From an uncultured Actinomycetes bacterium (GTDB lineage: Bacteria; Actinomycetota; Thermoleophilia; RBG-16-64-13): 64,000 nucleotides of DNA. Positions within the stretch are counted from its first letter, which is position 1. The number at the start of each line of letters is the position of its first letter. A program made the position numbers and the translations under genes. The notes under the pieces were generated by a model that saw only the letters and a program-made list of their open reading frames with translations, did no database searches and was not told the origin of the DNA. Below, in pieces: positions 38,446 through 47,795 of this stretch. Location: the NCBI GenBank assembly GCA_903873715.1, contig CAIQPS010000142.1, forward strand, positions 1,693-65,692, written 5' to 3'.

Positions 38446-39930
38446 CTACGCCTCCGGGGCCTCGGTCTCCGCAGCGGCTTCGGGGGCCGCTTCGGCCTCG
38501 GCCGGAGCAGCTTCCGCCTTCGCTTTCGCACGGGTGGTCTTGGGTTTGGCCGGCTTGTCGGCGGCCTTGTCGGCATCCTTGGCCGTCTCGGCTTTCGCGA
38601 GGGCGGCTTTGGCCTCGGCCACCGCGGCAGCGCCCTCGGTCAGGGCGACGGCGTTGGCGGCGATGAAGTCGGCGGCCTTGTCACGGAGGACCTGCCACAC
38701 GACGGTCTGGTAACGGCCCGACTTGCGCAGCCGTTCTTCGAACTGTTTGGGATCCACGCGGCCGGCCATGGCCATCTGCATGACGGCGCCCTTGATGTCC
38801 TCGTCGCTGGCCTCGAGGCCTTCGGCCTGCGCGACCGCGTCGAGGACCAGACCGGTCTTGACGTTGTTGGCGGCGGTCGGCTTCATGTCCTCGAGCATCT
38901 GCTCGGCGGTGGTGCCGGTGGCGGCCATGTAGGCGTTCATGTCGGCGCCCTGGGCCTGGAGAGACCGGGCGAAGTCGTTGAGCATCTCTTCAGCCTGCTC
39001 TTTGACGACGATGTCGGGCATGTCGAGGCTCGCCTTGTCGGCGACGGCCTGCACGGCCTGGGCGCGGAACTTCTGGTCGGCCTGGTAGGTCTTGCCGGCC
39101 TGCATCTTGCCCTGGATCTCAGCACGCAGCTCGTCCATGGTGGCGAACTCGCTGATCTCCGCGGCCCATTCGTCGGTGAGCGCCGGAAGGATCTTCTCTT
39201 TGATCTCCTTCACCGTGATGGTGAAATCGGCGGTCTTGTTGGCGATGTCGTCGGGGAAGCCCTCGGGAAGCGGCACGGCCACCGTCTTGGTGTCGCCCGC
39301 GTTCATCCCGGGAACGGCCTGCTCGACCTCTTCGAAGATGCGGCTCGCGCCGACCTCGAACACGAAGTCGGTGGCCTGCAGCCCGTCGACACCCATGCCT
39401 TCGACCTCAGCGCTGAAGTCGGCGGTCACGAAGTCGCCCTTCTCGGCCGCGCGGCCTTCCACCGGCTTGAGCTCGGCGAACTCGTTGCGGAGGCGATCCA
39501 TCTGGGAGTCGATCTCCTCAGCGGTCACGGCGTCGTTCTCTTTGACGACTTCCACGCCCTTGTACTGCCCCAGCTCCACTTCGGGCATGACGGTAGCGGT
39601 CGCGGAGAAGCTGAAATCCTTGCCCAACTCGGGAAGGTCGTCACCCATGTCGATCTGCGGGGTGTCCACCACGTCGAGGTTGAGTTCGAGGGCGCCCCGG
39701 GTGAACCAGGTGCCAAGGGAGTCGTCGATGGCCTCGAGAAGGATGGCCTGGTCGCCCACGCGCTGCCGCAGCATGGCGAGCGGAGCTTTGCCGGGCCGGA
39801 AGCCGGGAAGCCGGGCTTCCTTCTGCAGCTTCTTCAAACGCGACTCGAAAGCTTCCTGCAGCTCCTCGCTGGAAACCTCGACCGCAAGCTTGACCGTGTT
39901 TCCTTCGCGCTCGCTGAGGGTCGTCTTCAC
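38446..39930 (-). CDS. tig: Trigger factor (with Ala/Glu/Lys-rich C-terminal tail)
   Basis: N-terminal ribosome-binding GFRPGKAP motif, an FKBP-type PPIase domain, and a C-terminal chaperone domain. The tail is [25 protein letters not shown]. Confidence 0.9.
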   Translation of the reverse strand: MKTTLSEREGNTVKLAVEVSSEELQEAFESRLKKLQKEARLPGFRPGKAPLAMLRQRVGDQAILLEAIDDSLGTWFTRGALELNLDVVDTPQIDMGDDLPELGKDFSFSATATVMPEVELGQYKGVEVVKENDAVTAEEIDSQMDRLRNEFAELKPVEGRAAEKGDFVTADFSAEVEGMGVDGLQATDFVFEVGASRIFEEVEQAVPGMNAGDTKTVAVPLPEGFPDDIANKTADFTITVKEIKEKILPALTDEWAAEISEFATMDELRAEIQGKMQAGKTYQADQKFRAQAVQAVADKASLDMPDIVVKEQAEEMLNDFARSLQAQGADMNAYMAATGTTAEQMLEDMKPTAANNVKTGLVLDAVAQAEGLEASDEDIKGAVMQMAMAGRVDPKQFEERLRKSGRYQTVVWQVLRDKAADFIAANAVALTEGAAAVAEAKAALAKAETAKDADKAADKPAKPKTTRAKAKAEAAPAEAEAAPEAAAETEAPEA

Positions 39931-39969
39931 GTTCTTCCTTTCGTTCCTTCTAGGAGGGTGTTACCCGGA

Positions 39970-40049
39970 TGCGGGTGAGAGGACTCGAACCTCCACGTCA
40001 AAGACACATGCTCCTAAGGCATGCGCGTCTGCCATTCCGCCACACCCGC
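39970..40049 (-). tRNA. tRNA-Leu (anticodon TAG), class II with long variable arm
   Basis: I folded by hand the reverse complement GCGGGTGTGGCGGAATGGCAGACGCGCATGCCTTAGGAGCATGTGTCTTTGACGTGGAGGTTCGAGTCCTCTCACCCGCA. The anticodon loop is CTTAGGA, the T-loop is GTTCGAGTC, and the variable arm is 13 nt. Coordinates +/-2. Confidence 0.75.
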
Positions 40050-40108
40050 CTGACGCTTCACAGCTCGAACCAACCCCGCGGGGACCGGCAGCTTACCGGT
40101 TCCTGAGG

Positions 40109-40183
40109 GGTGAACGATGGGACTTGAACCCACGACCGCTGGGGCCACAACCCAGTGCTCTGCCAACTGAGCTACGTTCACCA
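40109..40183 (-). tRNA. tRNA-His (anticodon GTG) with encoded G-1
   Basis: The reverse complement GGTGAACGTAGCTCAGTTGGCAGAGCACTGGGTTGTGGCCCCAGCGGTCGTGGGTTCAAGTCCCATCGTTCACC forms a cloverleaf. The anticodon loop is TTGTGGC. An extra 5' G pairs with C73. Coordinates +/-2. Confidence 0.75.
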
Positions 40184-40393
40184 CGACTGTCCGCCGCGCG
40201 CCCGAGTGGGCTTGCCGCAGACCGTCTCGTAAGCCCAAGTGCGTGCCGAACCCGACCCCTGTCTCACGAGCGCAGGACAGTATAGCGGATTGGGCTGGGG
40301 TGCAAAGGAAAAGGCCCGCCCGATCGACCCGGGTGGGAGCTGTGTCCACGAGACCGGGCGCGGACTCAGGGGGCTACGGGATACTTCGTGATG

Positions 40394-40888
40394 CTATTCG
40401 CGCAAGCGTTTGAGGTCGTGGCCCACACCGGGGCCTCGAGGCCACGGCCTCCAGGACAGAGCGGCGAGCACGGGCCCGAGGTGCTGAGGATCCCGCACCA
40501 GTTCGCGCCCTTGTGGCCAGTGACCGCTTTCCCAGAGAGCCCATCTCCCATCCTCCAGAAGCAGGATGTCGATGGAGTGGCTGAAGTCACGCCGCCCAGT
40601 CAGAGAGAACGAGAACCGGAAAACGCGGACACGCCTGTCTCTCGGCACCGGATACCAGTCACCGACGAGTCGCTCCACTCCGTCAGGCCCGATGCCGGTA
40701 CCGGCCGGTTCCCAGAACTTTCGCGGCACCGACTTCGCTAGATCCTCGAGCATGGCCGCGACGCTTTCGGGCGGATGCTCTATCGGCAGATCATCCGGAC
40801 TGACGCCGGACCGCTTCCAGGCAGCATTGATCCTTTTGTCCCTTGTCCGCGACAAGCACTGGCCAGCCGGCCCTCCACGCCCGCTCAC
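40394..40888 (-). CDS. Hypothetical Trp/Arg-rich protein (164 aa) in the inter-tRNA segment
   Basis: GTG start preceded by a clear GGAGG Shine-Dalgarno 5 nt upstream. An 11-bp palindrome GGTAAcTTACC lies between a putative promoter and the RBS. Local GC is noticeably lower than the window average. No recognisable domain. Confidence 0.45.
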   Translation of the reverse strand: MSGRGGPAGQCLSRTRDKRINAAWKRSGVSPDDLPIEHPPESVAAMLEDLAKSVPRKFWEPAGTGIGPDGVERLVGDWYPVPRDRRVRVFRFSFSLTGRRDFSHSIDILLLEDGRWALWESGHWPQGRELVRDPQHLGPVLAALSWRPWPRGPGVGHDLKRLRE

Positions 40889-41047
40889 CGAGGCCTCCTG
40901 TGTAGCTTGACCTTACGGTAACTTACCTTCCGGTCACATTAACAACACAGATGCGTCCAGCGCAAGTCCAGAGAGTGGTATTTGTCGATCGTGAGAAATC
41001 GAAGATAGTGCCGAACCCGGAAAGTGACGTGGGCCCCGAGCCCGCTA

Positions 41048-41121
<74 letters not shown>

Positions 41122-41159
41122 TCGGCCCACGATGCCGTGGAGGAATGCTCACCGAAAGG

Positions 41160-41232
41160 AGCGGGCGACGGGGTTCGAACCCGCGACATTCAGCTTGGAA
41201 GGCTGACGCTCTACCAACTGAGCTACACCCGC
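41160..41232 (-). tRNA. tRNA-Gly (anticodon TCC)
   Basis: The reverse complement GCGGGTGTAGCTCAGTTGGTAGAGCGTCAGCCTTCCAAGCTGAATGTCGCGGGTTCGAACCCCGTCGCCCGCT forms a cloverleaf. The anticodon loop is CTTCCAA. The discriminator is U, as in bacterial tRNA-Gly. Coordinates +/-2. Confidence 0.75.
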
Positions 41233-41260
41233 CCGGCGATGAGCCTTGCCGAGACGATAG

Positions 41261-41334
41261 TCGGGACGGGCGGATTCGAACCGCCGGCCCCCTGCTCCCA
41301 AAGCAGGTGCGCTACCAGGCTGCGCCACGTCCCG
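41261..41334 (-). tRNA. tRNA-Pro (anticodon TGG)
   Basis: The reverse complement CGGGACGTGGCGCAGCCTGGTAGCGCACCTGCTTTGGGAGCAGGGGGCCGGCGGTTCGAATCCGCCCGTCCCGA forms a cloverleaf. The anticodon loop is TTTGGGA. Coordinates +/-2. Confidence 0.75.
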
Positions 41335-41442
41335 TTCGCCCGCATGTCCCTGGCCTCGGCCGCGTGAGTATATCGTATCGGCTACACTGAGAACCGTGGC
41401 GGATAGCACTGGTTCGATAGTCGGATAGTCGGAGGAGTACAC

Positions 41443-42378
41443 GTGAAGATCCTTGTCACCGGAGGGGCCGGCTTCATCGCTTCGCACGTGAGCGACAGCT
41501 TCCTGGCACTCGGGCATGAGGTGGCCATAGTCGACAACTTCGCGAGTGGCAAGCGCGAGAATCTCCCAGCGGGTGCGACGTTCTATGAGGCGGATATCCG
41601 CGACGAGACCCTCCGCGACGTCTTCCGCACCGAGAAGCCGGAAGTGGTGGTCCACCACGCCGCCCACATCGAGGTGGCCCGGTCGGTGCGCGAGCCCGCC
41701 TACGACGCGAGCATCAACATCCTCGGCTCGCTCAACCTCATGGAATGTTGCCGCGAGTACGGCGTCAGGAAGATCATCTACGCCGGTACCGGCGGGGCGC
41801 TGGTGGGTGAGCCCATCTACATCCCCGTGGACGAGGCCCACCCCATCGACCCCCTAGCGCCGTACGGTGTGAGCAAGCACACCGTCGAGCACTACCTGTT
41901 CACCTATAAGGCCAACCACGGCATCGAGTACACGGTGCTGCGCTACCCCAACGTCTACGGCCCGCGGCAGGACCCGCACGGCGAGGCCGGCGTGGTCGCC
42001 ATCTTCTCGCTGCTCTTGCTGGCAGGCAAGACGCCGACCATTTTCGGCGACGGCAGCAAGACTCGCGACTACTGTTACGTCGGCGACATCGCCGCGGCCA
42101 ACGTCCTCGCCCTTAACAGCCCGGTCAGCGGCGTCTACAATCTGGGGAGAGGCATCGAGGTGAGTGACCTCGAGGTGTTCGAGGCGGTTCGCAAGGCCGT
42201 CGGGTCGGACATCCAGCCGAACTACGCACCGGTCCGCCCGGGAGAGGTCGAGCACATCGCGCTCGACTCGTCCAAAGCTCAGAACGAACTGGGTTGGGCC
42301 TGGAAGGTCGATTTCACCGAAGGCGTGAGCAAGGCCGTGGACTTCTATCGCGAACAGATCAAGAGGGAGAAGCAATGA
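41443..42378 (+). CDS. NAD-dependent epimerase/dehydratase (UDP-glucose 4-epimerase GalE-like SDR)
   Basis: GTG start. Rossmann GxxGxxG (VTGGAGFIASH), a catalytic YxxxK (YGVSKH), and a typical extended-SDR length of 311 aa. Confidence 0.85.
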   Translation: MKILVTGGAGFIASHVSDSFLALGHEVAIVDNFASGKRENLPAGATFYEADIRDETLRDVFRTEKPEVVVHHAAHIEVARSVREPAYDASINILGSLNLMECCREYGVRKIIYAGTGGALVGEPIYIPVDEAHPIDPLAPYGVSKHTVEHYLFTYKANHGIEYTVLRYPNVYGPRQDPHGEAGVVAIFSLLLLAGKTPTIFGDGSKTRDYCYVGDIAAANVLALNSPVSGVYNLGRGIEVSDLEVFEAVRKAVGSDIQPNYAPVRPGEVEHIALDSSKAQNELGWAWKVDFTEGVSKAVDFYREQIKREKQ

Positions 42379-43097
42379 GCAAGAGAGACCGCCGGGACAA
42401 CGACGGCCGCGACCGCGACCGGCGGGACGACCGTCGCGACCGGGACCGCGACCGCGATCGTGACCGCGACTGGGACGACGACGGGCAGCAGCGCCGCTCC
42501 GGCGACGGCGACGTCCAGGAGAGCGACTCCCTGGCGGCCCTCAAGGCCATCCTCGCCAAGGTGGCGGCCCAACTCAAGCCGCTCAATCTGACGTCCGACG
42601 AATCCATCCGCCTGGTGGAGCAGTTGTACGGCAGCGTCCTCGACGTGGACTCGGCCATGGCCGGCGAAGCGGACGACACCCGCAAGTCTTGGACCCTCGC
42701 CTACCTCCAGAACACCACCATCCGCCGCGACGGCGACAAGATCGCAGTGGACTTCCCCACCGCTGAAGAGCTCCGGGCCGCCCAGGCCCCGCAGGCGGCC
42801 CAAGCCCCCTCGACGGACCAGGGCGCCGCTGCCGCCGGTGCAGAGCACGCTTCCGGCCCTGCCCCATCGCAAGCTCCGGCCCGTCCTGCCCCCGCCGCCC
42901 AGGCTGCTCCGGCTGCCGCTCCCGTGCCGGCCGAAGCTTTCGCCGCCGCCCCCGCTGGGGCGACCCCTGCCGCCGAGTCGGCGGCCGAACCTGCCGCTCC
43001 GCGGGCGCCCCGCCCGCCCAGGCCCCGTCAGCCTCGCAAAGAGCCGGCCCAGGAAGCTCCGGCCGCAGCCCCTGCGCCGGAGGCCCCGGAAGCCTGA
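42375..43097 (+). CDS. Protein with N-terminal poly(Arg-Asp) repeat tract, a small central globular region, and a Pro/Ala-rich C-terminus. Unknown function
   Basis: The ATG at 42375 overlaps the epimerase stop (ATGA). The N-terminus is MSKRDRRDNDGRDRDRRDDRRDRDRDRDRDRDWDDDGQQ. The central part is LAALKAILAKVAAQLKPLNLTSDESIRLVEQLYGSVLDVDS.... The C-terminal 110 aa are APQAAQAPS...PAPEAPEA low complexity. A strong intrinsic terminator follows. Confidence 0.55.
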   Translation: MSKRDRRDNDGRDRDRRDDRRDRDRDRDRDRDWDDDGQQRRSGDGDVQESDSLAALKAILAKVAAQLKPLNLTSDESIRLVEQLYGSVLDVDSAMAGEADDTRKSWTLAYLQNTTIRRDGDKIAVDFPTAEELRAAQAPQAAQAPSTDQGAAAAGAEHASGPAPSQAPARPAPAAQAAPAAAPVPAEAFAAAPAGATPAAESAAEPAAPRAPRPPRPRQPRKEPAQEAPAAAPAPEAPEA

Positions 43098-43121
43098 CGC
43101 ACCTCACATCACCGTGAAGAC

Positions 43122-43157
43122 ACACCGGCCGCCCCTAGGGGCGGCCGGTGTCGTTTT
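43122..43157. terminator. Rho-independent terminator (possibly bidirectional) between the convergent RD-repeat gene and the PfkB kinase gene
   Basis: A perfect 14-bp GC-rich stem ACACCGGCCGCCCC-TA-GGGGCGGCCGGTGT is followed by CGTTTTG on the plus strand. The reverse strand has TCTTCAC after the stem. Confidence 0.6.
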
Positions 43158-43219
43158 GATGGAAAGTCCGGCGGAGTGTCCGCGCGGCGGCGGTGCAGCA
43201 CCGCCAGGCCTCGGCGAGG

Positions 43220-44155
43220 CTAGACCTCGTCGAAGTGCGTCATGCGCTTGAAGAGCCGGAAGCGCTCGTCCACCTCGCGCTGCTCCAGCCGCAGCAGACG
43301 GTCGATACTGAAGTCCTCTACGGCGAAGGACGCCAGCGTGCTCCCGTAGATGATGGCTCGCGCCAGCGACGAGTCGTGGGTGTTCCCGCAGGCGGCCAGG
43401 TAGCCAACGAATCCGCCGGCGAAGGTGTCCCCAGCGCCCGTCGGGTCGAAGACTTCCTCGAGCGGCAACGCGGGCGCCGTGAAGAACTCCCCGTCCCGCG
43501 ACGTGGTCGTCAGGACCCCGTGTTCCCCGCGCTTGATCACGACCGTCGCCGGGCCCATGGCCCGCAGAGTCCGCGCCGCTTTCACGAGGTTCGATTCCCG
43601 GGACAACTCGCGGGCCTCGGAGTCGTTGATGATGAGGATGTCGATCCGCTCGAGCACCTTGGCCAGGTCGTCCGGGGTGTTCTCGATCCAAAGGTTCATC
43701 GTGTCGGCCGCGACCAGTTTCGGTGATTCGACCTGGTCGAGCACGTCGAGTTGCAGCTTCGGGTGGATGTTGCCCAGGAAGACGAAGGGCGACGTGCGCC
43801 ACTCCTCCGATATCACCGGCTGGAAGTCCTCGAAGACGTTCAGCTTGGTGTAGATGGTCTCGCGCTGGTTGAGGTCGAACCCGTAGACGCCCTTCCAGCG
43901 GAACGTCTCGCCCGGCATCACTTGAAGGCCTGAGGTGTCGATGGACCGCCCGCCGAACACCTCGGCGCCCCGTTCGGCGAAGTCCTCGCCGACGACCGCC
44001 ACCAGCCGGACGTCCGTGAAGAAGGACGCGGCCAGCGAGAAGTACGTGGCCGAGCCGCCGACCACCCTGTTCGCCTCACCGAACGGGTTCTTGATGGAAT
44101 CGAAAGCTACCGAACCGACCGCGAGGATCGGGCTCTTGCCGTGTGCGTCGACCAT
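43220..44155 (-). CDS. PfkB-family carbohydrate/nucleoside kinase (ribokinase fold)
   Basis: 311 aa with a ribokinase-like fold and the C-terminal DPTGAGDTFAGGF anion-hole/catalytic motif. It lies adjacent to MTA phosphorylase. Confidence 0.8.
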   Translation of the reverse strand: MVDAHGKSPILAVGSVAFDSIKNPFGEANRVVGGSATYFSLAASFFTDVRLVAVVGEDFAERGAEVFGGRSIDTSGLQVMPGETFRWKGVYGFDLNQRETIYTKLNVFEDFQPVISEEWRTSPFVFLGNIHPKLQLDVLDQVESPKLVAADTMNLWIENTPDDLAKVLERIDILIINDSEARELSRESNLVKAARTLRAMGPATVVIKRGEHGVLTTTSRDGEFFTAPALPLEEVFDPTGAGDTFAGGFVGYLAACGNTHDSSLARAIIYGSTLASFAVEDFSIDRLLRLEQREVDERFRLFKRMTHFDEV

Positions 44156-44159
44156 GTCT

Positions 44160-45023
<864 letters not shown>

Positions 45024-45191
45024 GCCTCTCCTTTACAGACGTTGCCCTCTGCGACCCGCCGCCGTGGGACGGCCGGGCGGCGCCAGTGAGACAGCGTACC
45101 ACGGCCCGCCGCGGCGACCGGGCGGCCCAGCCCGCAACGTCCGGTCCCAGTGTCGACGCGGAGACTCGGTCGCGGCGCTCGACGCGGGGCC

Positions 45192-45560
45192 TCAGTCCCG
45201 GCCGCCGCCTCCGAGCGCGGCCACGTAGGCCATCTGTAATTGCGAAAGAGCGGCGCGGTGCGCGGCCATCTCGTCAGGCGAACGCTTGCCTTCGAGCACG
45301 CCCACCAAAGCCCGGAACGCGTCGATCGCCATACTCGCCTGCGCCAGGTCCTTGCGGGCCTCCGTGTCCGGGGTCAGGCCCATCCTCTCGATGGCCAGCG
45401 ACGAAAGCGAGTGGAGCATGAGCATCACGTGGTCGGCGACCGTCAGGTTGCGGATCTCTTCCTCGAACCGCCGCATGGTCTCCTGGTCCGGCATCCCTTC
45501 CGGCGCGACCTCCGCCGCGGTATCGACCGCGTCGCCGTCGATGCGTTCGTCTTCAGACAT
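45192..45560 (-). CDS. DUF1844-like small acidic protein
   Basis: The 122-aa reading frame starts at MSEDERIDGD... with a strong RBS GGGAGGG 4 nt upstream. The track ORF 45192..46007 is an in-frame read-through of the intergenic region. The DUF1844 assignment is from memory of that family's typical sequence. Confidence 0.6.
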   Translation of the reverse strand: MSEDERIDGDAVDTAAEVAPEGMPDQETMRRFEEEIRNLTVADHVMLMLHSLSSLAIERMGLTPDTEARKDLAQASMAIDAFRALVGVLEGKRSPDEMAAHRAALSQLQMAYVAALGGGGRD

Positions 45561-45737
45561 GTGCCCTCCCTTCTCCATCAGCGCCCTTCCTGGGACTCCG
45601 GGAATGAGGGAACAGGATACATCCTCCCCGCATAACGCCACAATCGCGTGGCGGACGACACTTCTGACTCCGCCAGTCGACCCTGTTAGAATGTGAAGCG
45701 CCTTGGAGGATGTGGAGCCCAAAGGAGCACACAAGGC

Positions 45738-46391
45738 TTGAGCCTTAGCCCGCAGGTCCGCGACGCGGACACCCATCTGATCGAAAGAGCCCGTTCCGGC
45801 GATACGGAAGCCGTGACGGAACTCTACCGGCGGCACGAGCGCAGGGCCTACAACCTCGCGCTCCGCACGCTCGGCAACCCCTGGGATGCGGCCGATGTCG
45901 CGCAGGAGGCCTTCATCAAGGCCTTCCGCAACCTGGACTCCTTCAAAGGTGACGCCCGCTTCTCCACCTGGCTCCATCGCATCGTGGTCAATGCGGCTTA
46001 CGACCATCTACGCAGGCATCGCCCCGAGCCGATGGACGGCGAGATCCTCGAAGAGGTCTCCGGGCCAGGCGGCACCGGCGCCGTGGTGGGCTCTGGCAGG
46101 GAGGGCATAGACCCGGCCATAGACGGACTCTCCGACCCCTTGCGGGATGCGCTCATGAGCCTGAGCGAAGGCTTCCGCTTCGCGGTGGTGCTGTGCGACC
46201 TGCTCGGCTTCCCGTACGACGAAGCCGCCGAGATCCTCGGGGTGCAGGAGGGGACCATCAAGTCCCGGATCTTCCGGGCTCGAGAGGCGCTGGCCGAGGC
46301 GCTCGTCAAAGCAGGCTACGAGGTCCCGGGCGTGCGGAACCCGGGTACGGCCGGGGGCGTCACACGGCCGGGTACACCAGGGGAACGTTGA
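45738..46391 (+). CDS. ECF-type RNA polymerase sigma-70 factor (SigE-like)
   Basis: Region 2 (LIERARSGDTEAVTELYRRHERRAYNLALRTLGNPWDAADVAQEAFIKAF) and region 4 (LSEGFRFAVVLCDLLGFPYDEAAEILGVQEGTIKSRIFRAREAL). The proposed TTG start at about 45738 has AAAGGAG 10 nt upstream. The track start at 45693 is the alternative. Confidence 0.8.
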   Translation: MSLSPQVRDADTHLIERARSGDTEAVTELYRRHERRAYNLALRTLGNPWDAADVAQEAFIKAFRNLDSFKGDARFSTWLHRIVVNAAYDHLRRHRPEPMDGEILEEVSGPGGTGAVVGSGREGIDPAIDGLSDPLRDALMSLSEGFRFAVVLCDLLGFPYDEAAEILGVQEGTIKSRIFRAREALAEALVKAGYEVPGVRNPGTAGGVTRPGTPGER

Positions 46392-46393
46392 GG

Positions 46394-47638
46394 ATGATGA
46401 TCAGGGGCGACCAACACGTAGACGATTGGGCCGAGATAGCGGTCGACTATCTCGACGGGCAGCTCGACCACGACACAAGGATCATGGTCGAGACCCATCT
46501 GGCCGAGTGCCCGGAGTGCGCCGCCCGGTTGCGCAGGCAGCAGTACGTCGTCTCCGTGCTTCAAGAGACCGCCCTCGACGACCCGCCGGAAGACCTCGAA
46601 TACCGCGCCATCGGGGAATTGGTCTTCCCCTCCCCGGGCGGCCGGCCGGTCGCCCAGCCCGCTGAAGCGAAGCGCCTCTACCGCACGCCGCGCTGGTATC
46701 GCACGGTGCGCGCGTGGATCCCGGCCACAGTCGCCGTGTGCGCGTTGCTCGCCGCGGTCGTGGGGTATGGCATAGCCAAGTCGAACTCCGACGCGAACCT
46801 GGCGACCGACTCCGCCAGGACGGGCGGCACCGCCGCCGCGGCCACCACAGCTGCGCCGTCCGCTCTCAGTGAAGCAGCGGGCACAGGCTCCCCCCAGGAT
46901 ATGACCACCGCCGCTCCGGCCACCACGACGACCGCCGGGGCCTCCACTCTGGCCGGGGCTCAGCCCAACGTCACCTTCGTGGTCACGCAGGATCCCAAGG
47001 CGATGATCCGTGCGCTCAACGACGCGGAGACCCCCGTATACGTGGCCTTCCACGCCCCCATCGACACGACCGGCGGCGAGCCGGCGACCGGCACCACAGC
47101 GGCCGGTTCGGAGACCACCGCGCCACCGAGCGGTACAGACACCACTACCGCGGCCAAGACAGACTCCACCGCTGACGGGGGCACCGGGACCACCGGCCCC
47201 GTGGACGGCGGCGACATCACCAAAGCCACCCTGTCGTCCGATCAGGCCACAGCCCTCGCGGACGCCATCAAGCAGTTCACCGGCCTAGACCCGCTCGACA
47301 GGACCCTCTGGATCAGCGGGCCTACGTACGCGGTCTTCCTGCCCCGCAAGGACGCCGACGATCTCGTCGATCTGGTCCGCTCCATCAGCTCCACCTACGG
47401 CCTGTCCGTGACGCTTGAGGGGGGCCCGCCGGCGCAGGCTCAGGATGTCTCCGCGCGGCTGCTTGACCAGAAGAAGATGTTCCCCGTGCTGGAGGCCAAC
47501 CGCGCGCTGCAGCCTTCCACCTGGAACTACGACTTCACCACCTCGACACTCGCTCCTCCGGGGCAATCGGAGAGCCTCGGGTCCACCCCGGACGCCGACG
47601 GATCGCACGTGGTGCTGATCATCTGGATCTCCGAATAG
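46394..47638 (+). CDS. Anti-sigma factor (zf-HC2 zinc-binding N-domain, one TM helix, large Thr-rich extracytoplasmic domain)
   Basis: The ATG is 3 nt after the sigma factor stop. It has the HLAECPECAARL zinc-finger anti-sigma motif and a TM helix (WIPATVAVCALLAAVVGYGIA). The extracytoplasmic part of about 300 aa is rich in T/A/G. The track ORF (from 46193) is over-extended upstream. Confidence 0.7.
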   Translation: MMIRGDQHVDDWAEIAVDYLDGQLDHDTRIMVETHLAECPECAARLRRQQYVVSVLQETALDDPPEDLEYRAIGELVFPSPGGRPVAQPAEAKRLYRTPRWYRTVRAWIPATVAVCALLAAVVGYGIAKSNSDANLATDSARTGGTAAAATTAAPSALSEAAGTGSPQDMTTAAPATTTTAGASTLAGAQPNVTFVVTQDPKAMIRALNDAETPVYVAFHAPIDTTGGEPATGTTAAGSETTAPPSGTDTTTAAKTDSTADGGTGTTGPVDGGDITKATLSSDQATALADAIKQFTGLDPLDRTLWISGPTYAVFLPRKDADDLVDLVRSISSTYGLSVTLEGGPPAQAQDVSARLLDQKKMFPVLEANRALQPSTWNYDFTTSTLAPPGQSESLGSTPDADGSHVVLIIWISE

Positions 47639-47646
47639 GGCCTGAA

Positions 47647-47685
47647 ACGAGAAAAGAGCCTGCGTCTCGCAGACTCTCTCCGTCT
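47647..47685 (+). terminator. Putative intrinsic terminator after the sigma/anti-sigma operon
   Basis: Imperfect hairpin GAGCCTGCG-TCTC-GCAGACTC is followed by TCTCCGTCTTG (pyrimidine-rich and weakly U-rich). Confidence 0.4.
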
Positions 47686-47689
47686 TGAA

Positions 47690-47766
47690 TGGTCGGGGTG
47701 CCGGGATTTGAACCCGGGACCTCATCGTCCCGAACGATGCGCGCTACCAGGCTGCGCTACACCCCG
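47690..47766 (-). tRNA. tRNA-Pro (anticodon CGG) with encoded 3' CCA
   Basis: The reverse complement CGGGGTGTAGCGCAGCCTGGTAGCGCGCATCGTTCGGGACGATGAGGTCCCGGGTTCAAATCCCGGCACCCCGACCA forms a cloverleaf. The anticodon loop is TTCGGGA. Coordinates +/-2. Confidence 0.75.
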
Positions 47767-47795
47767 CCGCGTGGGGTGACCCCCTCGCCGGTCGC

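Noticed and set aside
36155-38713. 852-aa plus-strand ORF
   Set aside because: Antisense to clpX and clpP, both of which have textbook motifs. No conserved features.
40014-40349. 111-aa minus-strand ORF
   Set aside because: It spans the tRNA-Leu and tRNA-His genes. It cannot be coding.
43104-43802. 232-aa minus-strand ORF
   Set aside because: It overlaps the PfkB kinase gene (43220..44155) in a different frame and runs through the intrinsic terminator hairpin. Arg-rich junk translation.
45561-46007. N-terminal 149 aa of the track ORF 45192..46007
   Set aside because: It is an in-frame read-through of the divergent promoter region between DUF1844 and the ECF sigma gene. A strong RBS (GGGAGGG) sits just before the internal ATG at about 45560, which marks the real start.
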